Shown: positions 58,859-64,000 of the stretch, one piece after another
Layout of the letters: every line of letters starts with the position of its first letter
Position numbering within the stretch: position 1 is the first letter of the stretch
Assembly: GCF_011745625.1 (NCBI RefSeq)
Contig: NW_027191469.1
Coordinates: 62,001-126,000 of the forward strand
Reading direction: 5' to 3'
Length of the DNA: 64,000 nucleotides
From: Cladosporium halotolerans
Lineage: Eukaryota
Notes under the pieces: generated by a model
What the model saw: only the letters and a program-made list of their open reading frames with translations
Databases searched by the model: none
Told to the model about the DNA's origin: nothing
Position numbers and translations under genes: made by a program

Positions 58859-60754
58859 TTAACGGGGTCTGCGAGTGTGCAGATTTGATGAGCTTTGCGA
58901 GACGACCCTCACGGCTCCGAGCTTGGCCACCCATTGGCGGAACGTGTTCGCGAGGCTTTCTTCGTCTTCGCCTGCCATGGGGTTGATAACCCCAGCGTCA
59001 GTGGACAAGCTGTCCTTCGTTTGCGTTTGGCCAGTTGTCAGCTGCATGACTGTCTGATCTTTCGCAGTTGATGCAATTTTGAAGAAGGCAAGACACAATG
59101 TGCATGCAGTTAGCAGGATGGAGCTCAAAGCGAAAGTCCAAAGTCTCCAGTGCGACTCAGCATTCTCGGCTACGTTCATGCCAAAAATGGTCTGCACGAT
59201 GTCAAAGAATGTAGGTTAGGGATTGAGCTTTTTGCTTACCGCTATGAAAGTCGCGGGAAGATAGACCATGTTGAGAATTGTCAAGCGCCGCACACTCTCT
59301 CCTTGGTTGAATGTGGTAATGGCATCTTCACGTTGCAGCGTTGCAATCTCTCGTGCGAACCGAGCCTGCTTCACCGTACTTAGGCTGAGTACCTGGCAAG
59401 GTCGTTAGTAGATCACTGAGTCTGGTATATCTAGCCTCACCGTGTCTAGCATATCCGTAGTACGCGAACGTAGGTTCACAAGCCTTTTGTTCATGATGTG
59501 CAAGGCATCGCTCTCCTGCGTGAGGTCTTTGGTGAATATTCCTGGAGCAAGGAAGAGCCCTTCTTGAATCGGCGCATCCGTCAGGTAGGTAATGTAGCGC
59601 TGGTGGTACAGTAATTGTCGCTGGCAGTAGTCGAGGTTGGAGATAAATTGACGGTGTAGCCAGGTCGCTGCGTTGATCAACTCTTCGTCGTTGTAGTCTT
59701 CATTCTATGGCAGGTGTTAGCATACATCCGCATTGCTCGCATGATGGAGGCGACTACCATGTCTTCCAGGAAAGCCTCCATGTCGTTAAGAAGCAGCTTC
59801 CACGTTGATTTGATCTCACGCAACACTCGCTGTACGAAGCCAAAACCATCTTCTTGCAGGTCAGCAACGAGTTCATCGGGTGAGTTGACGTTCAGAAATT
59901 CAGTGATCCAGGAGGATAGATGAGGCTGAGTATTACCAGGGATTTCTGTGTCGAGATGAGCGTCGCTGATGTCTGTATACGAATAGCACATGTAGATAAA
60001 CGTCCAAAGGCCCTTGTCTCGGCGTATGTATCCAGAAATCTGCCTCACGACGTAAACACGAGAGCCCAAAGATAGCTGATGAGGATTGATCTGTCGGGAG
60101 TGCGAGGATCGAACATCGAGAAGACGCATCAAACGCATCGTGTGACTGAGCTTTTGATTGAACTGATAAGCCTGTGGAGTTTTGGGCGTGGTCTTTCTGA
60201 AGTCAACACATGAGAGGTTGAAGTACGAGAAACGACGTGCTCCTAAACAACCCCGAATCAGCTGGAGCAAGTGGTGATGGGGTTGTCTATAGCGCACCTT
60301 GGTCGACTAGTGGGCAAGCAAACCATTCTCGGTCGCTTAACTGAAAGTGGGCCGTCCAAAGCTCGTAGTCCATCTCGTACTTGGAGCCCAAGAGTCTCAT
60401 CAGGGGCCCTGACATACGAGCAATGCTCCTTACATCAATGATTAGCAAATGAATTCGTCAGCCCACTCATGCTTGGGTCACACCTACAGGACTCTGATGG
60501 TCTGGTGCTTGGGTGCCTGTGAGGTCTCAAGATGAGCTCCTGTGTTTGTAATACCGCATCCATTTGGAAGGAAGACAGACCTTCTTACATAAATACTTCT
60601 TCAAAAGCTTGCAATCGGAGTATGGTTCGTTCACGACAGTAGGTGTCCCCTTGGTGTTCTTGAAGACTTCGATGAGCTCAACCGAGATTGAACTGTCACC
60701 AAAACTTCGCATGTAATTGCGGAGACCTTCATGGTCTTCCCCGTATGCTTCCAT
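58859..60754 (-). CDS. Multi-exon protein with a C-terminal CorA-like (GMN) two-TM module; start codon uncertain
   Basis: About 7 exons can be joined in frame through canonical introns. The C-terminus reads VRRLTILNMVYLPATFIA|TIFGMNV...WTFALSSILLTACTL. Confidence 0.65.
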
Positions 60755-61274
60755 CAATGCGCTGTAAGTGTCCGTCAGATACTCGAGGGGGACATAAATC
60801 TCGAGTGAAAGACAGTATCCCAAGCTTCGTGCAGGCGATTTATCATCCGTCCGTAGCAGGGATTTAAAGATGTGGCAGTGTCGGCGAGGTGCGCATAGCA
60901 GCACATTGCTTTGGGCAGCAATAACAATCCAGTATCAGGCTCGCATGTCAAGTTGAGGCTGAGCAACTAGGGAATCGTTAGTGGCGCTTGCACAGCCCAT
61001 GCTGTACCGCGCAACTAAGACTACAAAGAGTCACACAGGCAAGCAGGTCTTTTCTGTTGTCTGCACATCCTTTTGTTGGATGCTGTGTAAGTTGTTACTC
61101 CTTTCCTCAGTCCTCCCATATGCGATACTGAAAGCTTTAGGCTTTCCATACTACAGTCAAGCCGGTGCCCAATGCAACCACCAACGGAGTATAGCCTCGA
61201 TCTAGGGGCGCAGAGGTGCATTAGTTTCACTTAGCCGTACTCAAAACTTTCGTGGCAACCTCGAAGTCCTGCTT

Positions 61275-61318
61275 TCTGACCACATCGTTGGAAGAATCTG
61301 ACCACATCGTTGGAAGAA
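61275..61318. repeat. Perfect 22-bp direct tandem duplication (TCTGACCACATCGTTGGAAGAA)x2
   Basis: Directly visible. Confidence 0.95.
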
Positions 61319-63037
61319 AAGAGCAAATTGAATCCGCTGAGCTACATTGCAAGGTCTGCCTTCGTTGTGAGTAGAAATCAGCAGGCACACTGGAGTAAAT
61401 TAATACTCGATTTCGAGCCGGGATTCGTAGCGCCTTGGCATAAGGTATTCATTCGATCGAATGTGGCTACCGACACACCGGTCATGCAGCTGCCGCTACT
61501 CCGACTCGCTGCGCACGTCAGCTATTAGATTCAACCATGCCGGCCAAGCTCAGGATAATCCAATGCTTCCCACTGCTTCCCTTCCTTGCCTCGACTGATC
61601 GTCCTCGGATAACAGTCCCTCAATGCGAATCCTTGAGCATTAGTCACTGTACCATGCCTCCACCCACCTCTCGGAGACCTTATCGGCGTACCCCGACGGT
61701 CGAGCAAAGCGTTTTGATGGGCTTGGAAGAGGATTTCGACGACCCGCAGACACGGATGGAATATCAGCAATTGCGAGATCGTGATGGTTGTCGTGGCCGC
61801 ACCGGTTCTACTGAGTAAGGGGCCGACGCTGGTGGCTCAACGACGCTTCAAGCTGAGCGTATCTGAAGCTATTTTGACCACCCATAGAAGAGATGCCGGT
61901 CGTAGTTCCTACCTCTGCATACACATTGCGAATGTATGCCATTGTCTCATGGTCGTCAATTAGCTACTTGGAATTCCTAAAGAGCAGGTGCTCATCAGCA
62001 GCCGCACTGAAGACATGCCAGTCTACTGTGTGGAAGGAGATTTGCCAGCCATGAATAGGAGATCGCGAAACAAAGAGAAAACGTACAATAGGCGGGCAGG
62101 CAGGATTCCCACATGGTCTACTCCTCTGTTCTTAGTCGCTCGAATCAGTGCTGTGCATGGCAGAGCGGACGGAGTGCCTCCTTTTCGCCGCACTGGGAAC
62201 GCCGTACTAAGCCCGATTCACGAAGCATGGACCGCAGAAGGGATCGTGCTCTCAAGGTCGGGACTGGCTCTTATAGAGATAGACGATAGGGTTAGGGTAC
62301 ATTCTAGGTATCGGCGCACGAGGCTAGTTCGTTATCGAAGTTCAAAAAGAGCCAGGGTATGCATTCCGAGGAGCGAGTCAGGTCCACGCTTCGTGAAAGG
62401 GTAGTGACCCACCCACGCACGTGATGCGGGAAAGTGGGTTTCCGGAAATTGGCTTTTGATCTGTCCGCCTGCTCTACAAAAGCGAAGTCTGAAGTCTGGA
62501 CTAACACCGCGATCGATGCCACGACCGATGCCAGACCAATCGTGCCAGGTTCTTAGTATGTCTATCAGATCATGTCGCCTAAGGTAGTATACGATTAGCG
62601 AAGCACATGAAAGTCGAAGCGAAGAGCCTCGGAGATTAGACATTCACGAACATCCTTGCCATTCTTCCAAATCTCGAGCAAAGCCGACAGACGAGCATGG
62701 GTGGTAAATGAGAACAGGCTCTGCACGGCCAGAGTGTGAACCACGGCCATAACACCTATAATCGACTGTTCGACGTGATCTGCAACTAGTAGTTCTCGTC
62801 CGAGGAGCAGTTATGCAATCCAGAGACGTTCATGTGAAGCCTCGGCCGTGGAAAAGGAGAGCTTGAGCATGTATAAGGTACGTCCGTCGCCCTGCAAGTC
62901 TACGATGACTTTCTCAAGTAGGCCTTCAAGTAGCCTCTGTTCATTCCCATCCGTTTAGGATAACTCCTCGTAAGCAACTCTTCACGCCGTGCTCTCGCCT
63001 GGATGCTAATGGCCTAAATCAGCATTCCTTTGCAACA

Positions 63038-64000
63038 ATGCGGTTCCAACAGTTCATCGGCTCGCTGGCAGCCTTAACCTCCCTCGCTACTGCTGTTGAT
63101 CTTCCTGGCTATGAATATATCGTTGTCGGATCTGGTGCTGGCGGAGGGTACGGGAGCCACATGCATCCACTCATGTCATGTCTAATAATCTCACAGTCCC
63201 CTTGCCGCTCGTCTTGCCCTCGCTGGCCACAAGACTCTGCTCATTGAAGCCGGAGACGACCAGGGTGACAATGTCAACTACACCGTTCCTGCCTACAACG
63301 CCAAGGTCTCAGAGGACCCCAATCTGGCATGGAACTTTTTTGTCAAGCACTATGCTGATGAGGAGCGTCAAGCTCGCGACTTCAAGACTACTTACGAGAC
63401 CCCTGATGGCGGTATTTACACTGGTCTCGACCCACCGACCGGGTCCGAGATGAAGGGCACCTTGTATCCTCGAACCGGCACCCTGGGAGGTTGCACAGCC
63501 CACAATGCTCTGATTGCGGTTTACCCCCATCGCTCGGGTACGTAGCTTGTTGAGTCAAGTGAGGAAATTTCACTGATTGATTTTAGATTTTGACAACATT
63601 GCCGCCCTTACCGGTGATGAATCATGGTCCGCCGATAATATGCGCAAGTACTTTACTAAGCTCGAGAGCAACCACTACTTGCTCCCTGGCCAGGAGGGTC
63701 ACGGATACGATGGCTGGCTCGGAACATCCTACCAACCCATCGACATTGTCCTCTCTGACCCTCAGCTGCTCAGCTTGGTAACCGGCGCCACCTTTGCGCT
63801 CGGTAACCAGACCAATGCTGTTGTCAACCTCGCCTCCCTTGTCGCTGGCGATGCCAACTCGGCCTCTGCCGATCGTGACAGCCAGCCCGCCATCTTTCAA
63901 ATTCCCTTGTCAACCGCCGATGGCAAGCGCACTGGCTCCAGAGAATTTGTTGTTGCTGTCCGTGATGCTAAAACCGCCAATGGCACAAAGGCTTTCCCTC
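63038..64000 (+). CDS. Secreted GMC oxidoreductase (AA3 / choline dehydrogenase-like), 5' part only; introns about 63148-63196 and 63538-63586
   Basis: Signal peptide, then YEYIVVGSGAGGGPLAARLA..GHKTLLIEAGDD, W.FFV.HY, YPRTGTLGGCTAHNA and GHGYDGWL. The gene runs off the window end. Confidence 0.9.

Noticed and set aside
1..64000. Transposons, CRISPR arrays, rRNA, or a secondary-metabolite cluster
   Set aside because: I saw no transposase or RT motifs, terminal repeats, repeat-spacer arrays, rRNA signatures or PKS/NRPS backbone genes.

Overview
This window is gene-dense, GC-rich genomic DNA of a filamentous ascomycete. Short GT-AG introns with CTRAC branch sites and the gene content suggest a Dothideomycete, which is an inference. 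I find about 20 protein-coding loci: DOCK GEF C-terminus, metallophosphoesterase, ACS-family MFS transporter, AAR2, pyruvate dehydrogenase kinase (PDK), Ctr copper transporter, Prm10/ThrE-like membrane protein, NAD kinase, CsbD-like stress protein, V-ATPase subunit B, PtaB/Mfg1-like LIM-binding protein, RING-CH ligase, RRP12, an orphan Pro/Ser-rich protein, NADP-dependent alcohol dehydrogenase, SRPK-like kinase, xanthine dehydrogenase, LtaS/sulfatase-fold membrane protein, CorA-like protein and a partial GMC oxidoreductase. There is also one tRNA-Thr(CGT) and a disrupted NACHT/NLR-like gene. Three signals stand out. (1) The MFS gene needs a [D1,2] spliceosomal twin intron (stwintron) to stay in frame. 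(2) The PDK stop codon sits in a leaky context (CAG-TGA-CAA-CGA) and is followed by 106 more in-frame sense codons, a stop-codon readthrough candidate. (3) The NLR gene has a nonsense codon at a conserved Trp, an apparent 5' frameshift and a short N-terminus resembling an amyloid signalling motif. All family calls come from motif recognition by eye; no database searches were run.
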